This document shows, piece by piece, positions 9,770-18,617 of a DNA stretch of 64,000 nt (the first letter of the stretch is position 1; each line of letters begins with the position of its first letter). The notes below the pieces were generated by a model. The model did no database searches. It was given only the letters and a program-made list of their open reading frames with translations, and was not told the origin of the DNA. Both the position numbers and the translations under genes were made by a program. The DNA is from a virus: positions 32,001 to 96,000 of IMG/VR virus record IMGVR_UViG_3300030104_004245. The stretch is one strand, 5' to 3'.

Positions 9770-10092
9770 GGTGAAGAAGATGGATTATACATACTGAAAA
9801 TAAAAGAATGAGGTATTTAATGTTACTTGAGTACTTTATTCTTTTATTTTTTTGTGTGTGTCTCACAGTGTGGGAGTCAATATATCCACATTTTACCACT
9901 TTGTTACACATCCAATCAATCAACTCATAGTAATAATTAATATAGCTATAACTAGAGTAATGACTCAAGTAATGGCTCATATTACCAAGAACATAGGTTA
10001 TTGTTCTCTCTCTATAGGATAAGAGACATAGTAACCGCAACTCAATAAATAATAACTCACTTAATAGGTAGTGGCTCACCACTAAAATAAAA

Positions 10093-10263
10093 ATGGCAAA
10101 TCTTAAATCAAAACTAGTAGATGAACTACTAGAATTAACAGCTGATAGTCCAAAGCCTAACCTAGATGGTTACTTAGACTATAAAATGTTTTTATATACT
10201 TTAACTACTAACCAATTGTTAGATAGTATAGAGTATGAACAAAAACAATTAAAAACCCATTAA
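10093..10263 (+). CDS. Hypothetical 56 aa protein (not in ORF track)
   Basis: MANLKSKLVDELLELTADSPKPNLDGYLDYKMFLYTLTTNQLLDSIEYEQKQLKTH; A-rich leader. Confidence 0.6.
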   Translation: MANLKSKLVDELLELTADSPKPNLDGYLDYKMFLYTLTTNQLLDSIEYEQKQLKTH

Positions 10264-10457
10264 AGGTGACACCAGTGTCATACTAACAATACCAGAGTAT
10301 TAAACCTTTGGTATTGTTGTTAATGGTATAGTTGAGTAGACAATCATGTCTATTCTGTTTGAGTGAGTAGCGATTGAAGGGATGATTATAGCTACTTCAT
10401 CCCTTTAGTCCAGCTTGCTATTTAATAAGAATCACTAATTTAATAGATAATAATAAG

Positions 10458-10898
10458 ATGAATATAGAAAGAATAACATATAAACTGATAAGTGATACAC
10501 TTGAAAAAGGAGAAATTACTCCATTCATAGTAAAAATGATGATATCGTATCTTACAGATGAACAAAGAGGTACAATCCTAGATGAAATAGTAAATGAACT
10601 TCCATCCATAGAATATAAAAAAGATATGAAAGTATGGTTTAATCCTAAAGATAATACATATGATCTTAAAGGTTTGTTTGAAGAAGATATGATGAAAGAT
10701 AAAAAACTTATGGATGAACATGGTAATATTAAAGGCACAATTATAGATGATTGTAGTTATAAAGATGGAGTTAATCCATATGCAACAGAGTATAAAGTAA
10801 ATGCTTGGATAGGGTATAATGATGATGGATTTGCTAATACTAAAGAAATAAGAGTAAAAAGATCTAATATTTTAGCATTATGGAAGCCTTTGGGATAG
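10458..10898 (+). CDS. Hypothetical protein
   Basis: 146 aa ORF. Confidence 0.7.
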   Translation: MNIERITYKLISDTLEKGEITPFIVKMMISYLTDEQRGTILDEIVNELPSIEYKKDMKVWFNPKDNTYDLKGLFEEDMMKDKKLMDEHGNIKGTIIDDCSYKDGVNPYATEYKVNAWIGYNDDGFANTKEIRVKRSNILALWKPLG

Positions 10899-11119
10899 TA
10901 AATAAAGATGTAGTTACTGATCCAGAGCTATCAATACAAGCAAAAGGTGTGTATGCAATCATATGCACCTTTGCTAATAAAGAAAGGTCTTGCTTTCCTT
11001 CAATCAATACAATTGCAGACTTGGCTAACACACATCCAAGAACAATTAGTAGAAAATTAAAGGAATTATCATCAAAAGGTTACATACATAGAAAAGGTAG
11101 AAAATTATTTTTAAAGTGA
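10880..11119 (+). CDS. Helix-turn-helix protein (phage replication-initiator N-terminal type)
   Basis: LS..AKGVY...CFPSINTIA...RTI.R.LKEL...GYI. Confidence 0.8.
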   Translation: MEAFGIVNKDVVTDPELSIQAKGVYAIICTFANKERSCFPSINTIADLANTHPRTISRKLKELSSKGYIHRKGRKLFLK

Positions 11120-11187
11120 TAGCTATACTACTATTAATTATTATTAGTAGTGACTGAAAATCATTAGGTAATATCTGTTCAATCACA

Positions 11188-11195
11188 TATATTTG
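11188..11195 (+). promoter_or_regulatory. Bacteroidota-type -7 element, likely leaderless transcript
   Basis: TATATTTG 3 nt before ATG 11199. Confidence 0.55.
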
Positions 11196-11198
11196 CGT

Positions 11199-11474
11199 AT
11201 GATTTATCAATTACCAAATGGACGTATTATAGAAATGAGTCTAGAAACTTATCTTGATCTTGATGATGATGAGATAAGAGAACTTAATGGTCTTGGTAAA
11301 GAATTCACTTCAGATATAACTAATCCTTTTCACAAATCTACTCTACAGTCTAATAGGACTGAGAAGCCTGAAGAACCAGAAGTATGGGAATTTCAGGAAA
11401 GAGAACCAAGTCTTGATGAAATCAAGGATATAGAAAAAATGGAAGACAAGTACTTCCATCGTGATGACACGTAG
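11199..11474 (+). CDS. Hypothetical acidic protein
   Basis: MIYQLPNGRIIEMS...; ATG 11199 preferred over TTG 11193. Confidence 0.75.
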   Translation: MIYQLPNGRIIEMSLETYLDLDDDEIRELNGLGKEFTSDITNPFHKSTLQSNRTEKPEEPEVWEFQEREPSLDEIKDIEKMEDKYFHRDDT

Positions 11475-11523
11475 TCATCAAAATTAATTAATTATTTATA
11501 AACTCAAAACAAATTTTAAAAAG

Positions 11524-12114
11524 ATGAAAAATCAACAAGCTGTCAGCATACAAGCTGATGAACAAGGAAACGTAGTAAGAGTATCTAATAACAACCCAGA
11601 ATTTGGTCATGTTAGATTAATCCAAAGCAAACGTGTAATAAGAGGTGGATGGGTAAACAAAAAAGAAAGAAGCGCATTATTACAAGGTACAGTAGAGGAT
11701 TTAACTGCATGCAGCTATGAAGCTGGTGAAGTATTAGATGGAAATATCATTATAAAAGAATCTTTTACACCATTTAATAAAAAGAAACCAGAAATGCATC
11801 TTAAAGTAGCAGGTGACAGTGGTGTTACATGCAAAGGTGTAGATCAAGAAACTGGTGAAGTAAGAGACATTTACAGAACTACTGAGTATGATGACACTGG
11901 TCTATTAAAAGATCAGTTAATTCCACATGTTAATGGTGATGAAATTAAAGCAGCATTAACTGGTGAAAGTATGTCTAAATCAGACTTAAATGATGTTCTT
12001 GCAAAAGGAACAAAGAAAACTAAGTCTAAAGAGACACCTGTAAAAGAAGAGGAGGTTATTGAAGAACCTGCTGAAGAAGAAGTAGTCATGGAAGATGAAA
12101 CTTTTGAATTATAA
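11524..12114 (+). CDS. Hypothetical protein, possible ssDNA-binding (acidic tail ending FEL)
   Basis: Beta-rich core plus acidic C-terminal tail. Confidence 0.6.
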   Translation: MKNQQAVSIQADEQGNVVRVSNNNPEFGHVRLIQSKRVIRGGWVNKKERSALLQGTVEDLTACSYEAGEVLDGNIIIKESFTPFNKKKPEMHLKVAGDSGVTCKGVDQETGEVRDIYRTTEYDDTGLLKDQLIPHVNGDEIKAALTGESMSKSDLNDVLAKGTKKTKSKETPVKEEEVIEEPAEEEVVMEDETFEL

Positions 12115-12273
12115 TTAATACATCCTGAGTAAATACGGTATCTGCAGTACCTGTTAATAAGCTTAAGTATTTACTTGTATCAGTCCTGGCCAGTGTTAAA
12201 TAAGGTAAAAGAGTTGGATTAAACTCCAATGTTCCCTTATTTAAACGAGAGGTACCAGTGGATGTATAATTAT
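12112..12273 (+). ncRNA. Candidate structured ncRNA (multi-branch)
   Basis: Five nested complementary stems read by eye (see findings). Confidence 0.5.
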
Positions 12274-12338
12274 AGGAATGATCAACCTTAACTGATCACA
12301 CGTAATTTTAATAGTATTACGTTTAAATTTTTTTTACT

Positions 12339-12374
12339 GAAGAGGGAGTGACCGGAACCGGTTGCTCCTTTTTC
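12339..12374 (+). terminator. Terminator-like hairpin
   Basis: 15 bp stem GAAGAGGGAGTGACC/GGTTGCTCCTTTTTC including G-U pairs. Confidence 0.6.
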
Positions 12375-12404
12375 TATATATAAACCTTTTAAAAATTAAT
12401 AAAA

Positions 12405-12914
12405 ATGCTCACTCAAGAAGAATATCAAAAAATAAAGCCTGGTTTAGATAAACTAGACGAACAAAGACAAATTGCAAGATACACATATTTAGGTATCTTA
12501 AATGAATATCAATTATACTTAAAAGAACCAAAACAAAAACTCGTTTACACAAAACTTAATCCACATCAACATTTCTTATTTAAAAGAATATTACATGGAT
12601 TAAAGATGTATAAGCCAAAAGAAATAGAGACTATGCATTGGGATAAAAAGAGAAGAATAACTAAAGTATGGAAGCGTGGTCAAAATGTGATAAATGAGTT
12701 TAAACAATACGTTGCTTGGCAACAAGTTAAGCCTATTTTTCGTATATTTGCTCAATCAGAATTAGGTAGAGAAATATATGAAATGCCATTTGAATATTTA
12801 CCTGATTATAGGAACAGAATGACCTTACAAGAGTTAGGTATAAACTATGAAGACTTGATCTTAAAGTTTATAGGTTTAAAATTGTTACCAAAAAACTATT
12901 TAAGTTTAAAATGA
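12405..12914 (+). CDS. Hypothetical protein
   Basis: 169 aa ORF. Confidence 0.75.
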   Translation: MLTQEEYQKIKPGLDKLDEQRQIARYTYLGILNEYQLYLKEPKQKLVYTKLNPHQHFLFKRILHGLKMYKPKEIETMHWDKKRRITKVWKRGQNVINEFKQYVAWQQVKPIFRIFAQSELGREIYEMPFEYLPDYRNRMTLQELGINYEDLILKFIGLKLLPKNYLSLK

Positions 12915-13174
12915 GACAAAAATCTAAAAAAATGCAGAGAATTGATGCAAAGTATAGTCAATTGAGGAGGGTATTCCTCACTGATTATCCTTTGTGTCAA
13001 GCTGCTCTGCCTAAATGTACTAATAAATCCACTGATGTACATCATAAAAAAGGTAGAGGTATACATCATAATGATGTAAATACCTGGTTATCAGTATGTA
13101 GAAGCTGTCACAATTGGATAGAGTTAAATCCAATAGAGGCAGAAGAATTAGGATTTTCAATTAAAAGAATATGA
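12911..13174 (+). CDS. HNH endonuclease
   Basis: PLCQ...C...DVHHKKGR...CRSCHNWI. Confidence 0.85.
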   Translation: MRQKSKKMQRIDAKYSQLRRVFLTDYPLCQAALPKCTNKSTDVHHKKGRGIHHNDVNTWLSVCRSCHNWIELNPIEAEELGFSIKRI

Positions 13175-13434
13175 TTAAATTATTAAAATACTTAGCAACA
13201 AGTTTACAAAAGGAAGATTTATATAATCTTGCAATGTTTTTGTCAGATAATCCTGACGTTATAGATCAAGAAACTTTACTACATGTAATAAATGAAGTTA
13301 ATGACTTTGAAATGCATGTATTACCACAAGAATTAAATGAAAAACTTGATAAAATTCAAGAACATTTTAATGAAATGGATAAACATGAAGAATTACATAA
13401 AATATTAAAAGATAATAATATAGGTTTAAATTAA
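13171..13434 (+). CDS. Hypothetical protein
   Basis: ATGA-coupled 87 aa ORF. Confidence 0.7.
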   Translation: MIKLLKYLATSLQKEDLYNLAMFLSDNPDVIDQETLLHVINEVNDFEMHVLPQELNEKLDKIQEHFNEMDKHEELHKILKDNNIGLN

Positions 13435-14541
13435 ATGGAAGTGAAAGAAATCTCAAGAGATAAAGTACAATCAGATGCTTTAGATGTAGCAATAAATAAT
13501 AATAGAGCAACGCTCGGTATATCTATGGGTGTTGGTAAAACAAGAATTGCTATCCAACATCTAATGAAACTATATGATCCCTTTATAAGGGTGTTAGTTG
13601 TAGTTCCAAAGTGGTCTGTAAAAGACTCTTGGGAAGATGAATTACAAAAGATGGGTAATCTTAAACTTATACATCATATAGAATTTTCAACATATTTATC
13701 ATTAAATAAACTTAATCCACTAGACTATGATATAGTTTATTTAGATGAATGTCACAGTTTATTAGAAACACATGAAACATTTCTCTCTGAATTTAAAGGT
13801 AGAGTATTAGGTTTAACTGGTACACCACCTAAATCCGGTGAGAAATTAAAGATGGTCAACAAGTATTGTCCTGTTAAATACACATTTAGTGTAGATGATG
13901 CAGCTGATAATGATATACTTAATGATTATCAAATTATAGTACATGAATTAGAATTATCTAGAGTAAAAAATGTTAAAAAATCTACAAAAGATGGAAGAAC
14001 ATGGTATACTTCAGAACTATCTGATTATCAGTACTATACAGGTGCATTGGGTGATTCTCAAACACCAAAACAAAGACAATTCCTATCTATTATGCGTATG
14101 AAAGCCATGATGGACTATCCAACCAAAGAAGCATATGCTAAAGGTTTGGTAAAAAACATAGGACAGAAATGTATTGTCTTTGCTAATACACAAGCACAAG
14201 CTGATAGAATGTGTCAACACAGCTATCATTCTAAAAATACCGCATCAGAGGATAACTTACAGTTATTTAGTGATGGTAGAATAGATAAGCTGTCTTGTGT
14301 ATTACAATTAAGTGAAGGAGTTACTATACCTAATTTACGTCAAGGTATTATTATGCATGCATATGGTAATGAACGTAAGTCAGCACAAAGAATAGGACGT
14401 TTGCTGCGCCTAAATCCAAGTGAAACTGCAACATGTCATATATTATGCTATAAAAATACTCAAGATGTAAAATGGGTAAACTCCGCACTTAATACTTTTG
14501 ATAAGGATAAAGTTAAATATTATAATCCACTAAATAAATGA
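13435..14541 (+). CDS. Superfamily 2 DExH helicase
   Basis: GVGKT, DECH, LTGTP and QRIGRLLR motifs. Confidence 0.9.
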   Translation: MEVKEISRDKVQSDALDVAINNNRATLGISMGVGKTRIAIQHLMKLYDPFIRVLVVVPKWSVKDSWEDELQKMGNLKLIHHIEFSTYLSLNKLNPLDYDIVYLDECHSLLETHETFLSEFKGRVLGLTGTPPKSGEKLKMVNKYCPVKYTFSVDDAADNDILNDYQIIVHELELSRVKNVKKSTKDGRTWYTSELSDYQYYTGALGDSQTPKQRQFLSIMRMKAMMDYPTKEAYAKGLVKNIGQKCIVFANTQAQADRMCQHSYHSKNTASEDNLQLFSDGRIDKLSCVLQLSEGVTIPNLRQGIIMHAYGNERKSAQRIGRLLRLNPSETATCHILCYKNTQDVKWVNSALNTFDKDKVKYYNPLNK

Positions 14542-14660
14542 TAGAATTAATTACACACGGTATAGCTCTTATTATTGCAATAGGAGCTGGTATCGCAATA
14601 GGAATATATATAACAACACAAATAAGTTGTTGGATAGATAAGAATATAAAAAATAAATAA
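14538..14660 (+). CDS. 40 aa single-TM protein (not in ORF track)
   Basis: MIELITHGIALIIAIGAGIAIGIYITTQISCWIDKNIKNK. Confidence 0.55.
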   Translation: MIELITHGIALIIAIGAGIAIGIYITTQISCWIDKNIKNK

Positions 14661-14661
14661 T

Positions 14662-14811
14662 ATGGGGTTAATGAAAGAGATTTACCTAGAAATGATACGT
14701 AGAGAGTTTCAAGGTACACCACATGAATTTATGAATATATGGTTTAAAGAAAATAATATAAAAAGAAAATACAAAAAAAATGCCAAGAAACACATACACA
14801 AAAAAAATTAA
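14662..14811 (+). CDS. 49 aa hypothetical protein (not in ORF track)
   Basis: MGLMKEIYLEMIRREFQGTPHEFMNIWF...; fills the gap between genes. Confidence 0.55.
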   Translation: MGLMKEIYLEMIRREFQGTPHEFMNIWFKENNIKRKYKKNAKKHIHKKN

Positions 14812-15040
14812 TGAATGGGATCTAGATATAGAATATAATTACGTACCAGCTGAACCATCTACACATGACTATCCAGGTTATGGATCACATGTAGAGATAG
14901 AGGCTATTTACTTATGGAATGAAGACATAAATGTATCAACAGATGAACAAGTTGATATGTCTGATTTTTTCTATGAATTATGTCCAGACACAATGAGAGA
15001 GTTAGAAGAAGAAATAGTAGAAGATCATGAAAATTCTTAA
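14780..15040 (+). CDS. Hypothetical acidic protein
   Basis: Y.PAEP.T.DYPG motif, recalled from small phage proteins. Confidence 0.7.
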   Translation: MPRNTYTKKINEWDLDIEYNYVPAEPSTHDYPGYGSHVEIEAIYLWNEDINVSTDEQVDMSDFFYELCPDTMRELEEEIVEDHENS

Positions 15041-15043
15041 ATT

Positions 15044-15151
15044 ATGATTAAGTATTGGAAAAATTTAAATGAAGAAGATAAAATTAGTTTTATAATTGTA
15101 TCAATAACATTGATATTATTAATATCATTATTTGCTTTAGCAATATTATGA
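15044..15151 (+). CDS. 35 aa single-TM protein (not in ORF track)
   Basis: MIKYWKNLNEEDKISFIIVSITLILLISLFALAIL; ATGA overlap with next gene. Confidence 0.5.
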   Translation: MIKYWKNLNEEDKISFIIVSITLILLISLFALAIL

Positions 15152-15531
15152 AAAACAATTTTTTCTCAATATTAAAGAAAGTGGATAGGAAGCTCATCCA
15201 TACTATAAAGGCTAAAGGTACACTCTATGACAATTGGATCAAAGAGTTACCTGAAGGAACTAAAATAGAAATATTTGCCAGTGTATCTGGTGAAGATGGA
15301 ACTAATGCACAACTTGCAAAGATTCATGCTATGATTAGAGAATTAGCTAATGAAATAGGTCATACATTTCAAGAGTTAAAACTTGAAGCTAAAAGAAAAA
15401 CAGGTTTATGTTTTGTTAGAGATAAACAAGAATATTGTAAATCATTTAAAGATTGTAGTAAACAAGAGTTAAATCTTGTTATACAAGCATTAATAGAGAT
15501 GGGGGATTTTACGGGGGTTAACTTGAGGTAG
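15148..15531 (+). CDS. NinB/YbcN-like recombination-associated protein
   Basis: TNAQLAKIHAMIRELA...KSFKDCSKQEL pattern. Confidence 0.55.
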   Translation: MKNNFFSILKKVDRKLIHTIKAKGTLYDNWIKELPEGTKIEIFASVSGEDGTNAQLAKIHAMIRELANEIGHTFQELKLEAKRKTGLCFVRDKQEYCKSFKDCSKQELNLVIQALIEMGDFTGVNLR

Positions 15532-16045
15532 AGATATCTTCTCCAAACTCTTTGTTACTAAAATCCCTTACATCATCTATTACTGCTTCCATAGTTTGTT
15601 CATTCATATTATTAAGAACATTAGTTAAACTTTCTTTAACTGTTTCTTTAACAGCAACTGTTTTTCCTTGATCAGCAGCTTGTAAATTTATTTCAGATAA
15701 AAGTGACATGAGTGTCCATACTGATTTATCTATAATAGTTATTTTATCTTCAGGTAGAAGTTTACCTTCTTCATCTCTAAAGTTTGCTTTAATTTTGTGC
15801 ATAGTAGCAACTATTTCATCTGCTTGCATTGGAGCTAATATAAAATTTAGAGTATCTTCAATGGCTTTTCTAAAGTTTCCTGAGATAGGTATTTGAATTA
15901 TAGCGTCATCTGGAATGATAACCGAAGCAATATCTAATTCTGATAATTTTTCTTTATTATCAATAGTATTTTGAATAAGCTCATTAGCTTTTTTAGTTTT
16001 TGTAATAGGTTTTATTTCCTTTGATTCTTTTTTCTTTTTAGCCAT
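15518..16045 (-). CDS. Hypothetical protein (lone antisense gene in replication block)
   Basis: 175 aa; no long plus-strand ORF here; own promoter-like motif. Confidence 0.75.
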   Translation of the reverse strand: MAKKKKESKEIKPITKTKKANELIQNTIDNKEKLSELDIASVIIPDDAIIQIPISGNFRKAIEDTLNFILAPMQADEIVATMHKIKANFRDEEGKLLPEDKITIIDKSVWTLMSLLSEINLQAADQGKTVAVKETVKESLTNVLNNMNEQTMEAVIDDVRDFSNKEFGEDISTSS

Positions 16046-16067
16046 TATAAATAGTATTAATTATACA

Positions 16068-16095
16068 TAAAGATACAATAAATTTAGTATCTTTA
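16068..16095. promoter_or_regulatory. Divergent promoter pair
   Basis: TATCTTTA on minus (16068-16075) and on plus (16088-16095), near-matches to TAnnTTTG. Confidence 0.45.
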
Positions 16096-16115
16096 CAAAC
16101 CTTAAAAAATAAACC

Positions 16116-16661
16116 ATGTTCAAAGAAGATATTTTAGAAATGACAAATGAGATTCAAAGATTTAAAAATGAATTTGAGTCAAAGTATGAAAAAAATATTA
16201 ATATATTAGTCAGTGATAAATCTGACATAGTTGTCAATGTCAGACAATGGGAGGATGAGTTAATTGCAATGAAAGAAGCTCATCAAATAAAAACTATAGA
16301 AATACTTGAAAAACTAGTATTAGGAACAATGAGAGAATTGTATCCTGAATTTAAAGGTTGGAGATCTTTAGGTAAAGAATGTAGAAGAAGAGAGTTTGTA
16401 ATATTCAAACAAATCTTTTGTTATATATGTAATAAAATAGGATTTACATTACAATACACAGGAGCATATATTAATAAACACCACGCAAGTGTAATACACA
16501 GTATTAAACAAACGGAAGGTTTATTAGATATAGGTGATCCACAAGTATGTGAAGCTTATGATAAATTAAAAGAAAATATTAGAAATTATGTTAGAACTAT
16601 TCCAGAAGATATTAAAAGACAAACTTACACCGAACCAATTACTTCTCTTGTATGGGATTAA
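16116..16661 (+). CDS. Protein with DnaA domain IV-like HTH
   Basis: RRREFVIFKQIFCY...TLQYTG...HHASVIHS resembles the DnaA C-terminal signature RQ..MY...IG...DHTTVIHA. Confidence 0.7.
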   Translation: MFKEDILEMTNEIQRFKNEFESKYEKNINILVSDKSDIVVNVRQWEDELIAMKEAHQIKTIEILEKLVLGTMRELYPEFKGWRSLGKECRRREFVIFKQIFCYICNKIGFTLQYTGAYINKHHASVIHSIKQTEGLLDIGDPQVCEAYDKLKENIRNYVRTIPEDIKRQTYTEPITSLVWD

Positions 16662-17187
16662 GAATAAAATCTCTTTTCCTATACAAAACAAACAATATGA
16701 TGTAGGAGCATTAATTAAATTAGGTTTAGTAGTATATAAAGAAGGGCCAATGTATTCATTGACACCAAAAGGTAAAAGTATATGTGTTAAATATAATCAA
16801 TACTTTAAAGTCTCTAAAAAGAGAACTACCACACAACTATTAGGTAAAGGATATGTAGAAATGCTTAAAATATACAGAGAAGCATGGCCTGCAGGTAAAT
16901 TACCAAGTGGTAAACCAGGTAGACAAAATGTTAAAACATTAGAAAATGCATTTAGATGGTTTTTTGATACATATGATTATACTTGGGAAGAAGTTAGTCA
17001 TGCAACAGTTATGTATCTTACTGAATATAAAGCAAAAGATTATATGTATATGAAAACTAGTCAATACTTTATATGTAAAACAGATAAATATAAAGTAAAG
17101 CATTCAGAATTAGCTGATTATTGTGACATGGTTCGTGATGGTGTTAAAATAGAAGATCAAGATTATTTTAAAGAGAAAGTAGTATGA
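16588..17187 (+). CDS. Hypothetical replication-region protein (possible initiator/loader)
   Basis: wHTH-like N-terminus; directly upstream of DnaB. Confidence 0.6.
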   Translation: MLELFQKILKDKLTPNQLLLLYGIKNKISFPIQNKQYDVGALIKLGLVVYKEGPMYSLTPKGKSICVKYNQYFKVSKKRTTTQLLGKGYVEMLKIYREAWPAGKLPSGKPGRQNVKTLENAFRWFFDTYDYTWEEVSHATVMYLTEYKAKDYMYMKTSQYFICKTDKYKVKHSELADYCDMVRDGVKIEDQDYFKEKVV

Positions 17188-18140
17188 GTAAAATAAAACC
17201 AGCATGGGACGGACAATATCAGTCTTTTAATGAAGCACTGAAATATATGCTTGCTAGGCAAAGTGGTAAAGAGAAATCTATACAAACACCATGGCCTAAG
17301 TTTAATGATGCTATCACAGATGGATTAGAATGGAACACCCTTACTGTTATCGGGGGAAGACCTGGATCAGGTAAAACTTTGATCAAGGATCAGATAGTAA
17401 GAGAATCTTTCATTCTAAATCCAGCTGAAGATTATAGAGTATTAGAATTTAGCTTTGAAATGGTAGGTAGAACTACAGCATTAAGAGAGTTTTCATCTTT
17501 AACTGGTAAAAGTTATAAGGAATTATGTAGTGCAGGAACAAAACTAACTAAGGATACATTTGACAAATGTCATATATATGCTAAAGATAGAATAAAAAGT
17601 CCTGTAGATATCATTACTACACCAATGACTGTAAATCAAATGAGAGATCAAGTAGATATATATATGAATTTACATCAAGGTAAAAAGACTATTATAACTC
17701 TTGATCATAGCATTTTAGTAAAAAGAGCACCGTATCAAAATAACAGATTAGATATGTTATTTGAATTAGGTGAATTTTTTACTCAATGTAAAAGAGATTA
17801 CCCTTGTATGTTTATATGTTTATCACAATTAAATAGAAATATAGATAATCCAGACAGAGCAGTAAATGGTAAGTATGGTAACTATGTATTAGAATCAGAT
17901 ATATTTGGTTCAGATGCAATGCTACAACATGCTGATACTTTAATAGGTATCAACCGACCTGCTAAACAAAAGATTAGATATTATGGACCTGATAGATATA
18001 TAATAGAAAATGATAGAACTTTAGTATTACACTTTCTAAAAGCAAGAAATGGTGATACAAGAATGAGTTTTTTCAAAGCAGAATTTGAAAGAATGCAAAT
18101 AACTGAGATGGATACACCACCTCAAGAACAAAGAAGATAA
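17184..18140 (+). CDS. dnaB: DnaB-like replicative helicase (C-terminal ATPase domain only)
   Basis: GRPGSGKT, FSFEM, LDH, LSQLNR, KARNG. Confidence 0.9.
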   Translation: MSKIKPAWDGQYQSFNEALKYMLARQSGKEKSIQTPWPKFNDAITDGLEWNTLTVIGGRPGSGKTLIKDQIVRESFILNPAEDYRVLEFSFEMVGRTTALREFSSLTGKSYKELCSAGTKLTKDTFDKCHIYAKDRIKSPVDIITTPMTVNQMRDQVDIYMNLHQGKKTIITLDHSILVKRAPYQNNRLDMLFELGEFFTQCKRDYPCMFICLSQLNRNIDNPDRAVNGKYGNYVLESDIFGSDAMLQHADTLIGINRPAKQKIRYYGPDRYIIENDRTLVLHFLKARNGDTRMSFFKAEFERMQITEMDTPPQEQRR

Positions 18141-18143
18141 TAT

Positions 18144-18617
18144 ATGACACCACAAGAGCGTAAAGCAAAAGTATTTGAATTAAGAAAAGAGCATCAAAGT
18201 TATTTTGAAAAATCAAATAACAAAAATGCATTATATATACCAAAGATGGCATACAGACCTCATGGTAAAGATGAGTTACATGTATCTTTCTTTCCAAGTG
18301 AATTACAAAAAGGTAGAGATATATTTACTGAATTTGTTAGTATTGATTATGACTCAGAAGATCCTAAAAGAACATTGTATTTATTTAAACACAATGCTCA
18401 TTGGGCTGAAGAATATGAAATAGTAACAAGTAGTTCAGGATTTGAAAGACATATTGTACCTGTATCTGAATTAAAAGTAATTAATGATGTAACTGATAGA
18501 AATATACCTATTAAAGAACCAGAATTAGTTAAAAATCCAGAAAAAAGAGAAATAGTAGATGTTCTTATTGGAATTGAAAGAGCATTATTAAGTATAAATC
18601 AAAAATTAAGTAAATAA
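18144..18617 (+). CDS. Hypothetical protein
   Basis: 157 aa ORF in operon. Confidence 0.75.
   Translation: MTPQERKAKVFELRKEHQSYFEKSNNKNALYIPKMAYRPHGKDELHVSFFPSELQKGRDIFTEFVSIDYDSEDPKRTLYLFKHNAHWAEEYEIVTSSSGFERHIVPVSELKVINDVTDRNIPIKEPELVKNPEKREIVDVLIGIERALLSINQKLSK

Noticed and set aside
9759-10082. 107 aa minus-strand ORF, and also 9041-9229
   Set aside because: Atypical composition, opposite to or outside local gene flow, and overlapping structured or regulatory sequence
12121-12200. Hammerhead ribozyme reading of CTGAGTA
   Set aside because: Does not match the CUGANGA core and no correctly placed GAAA
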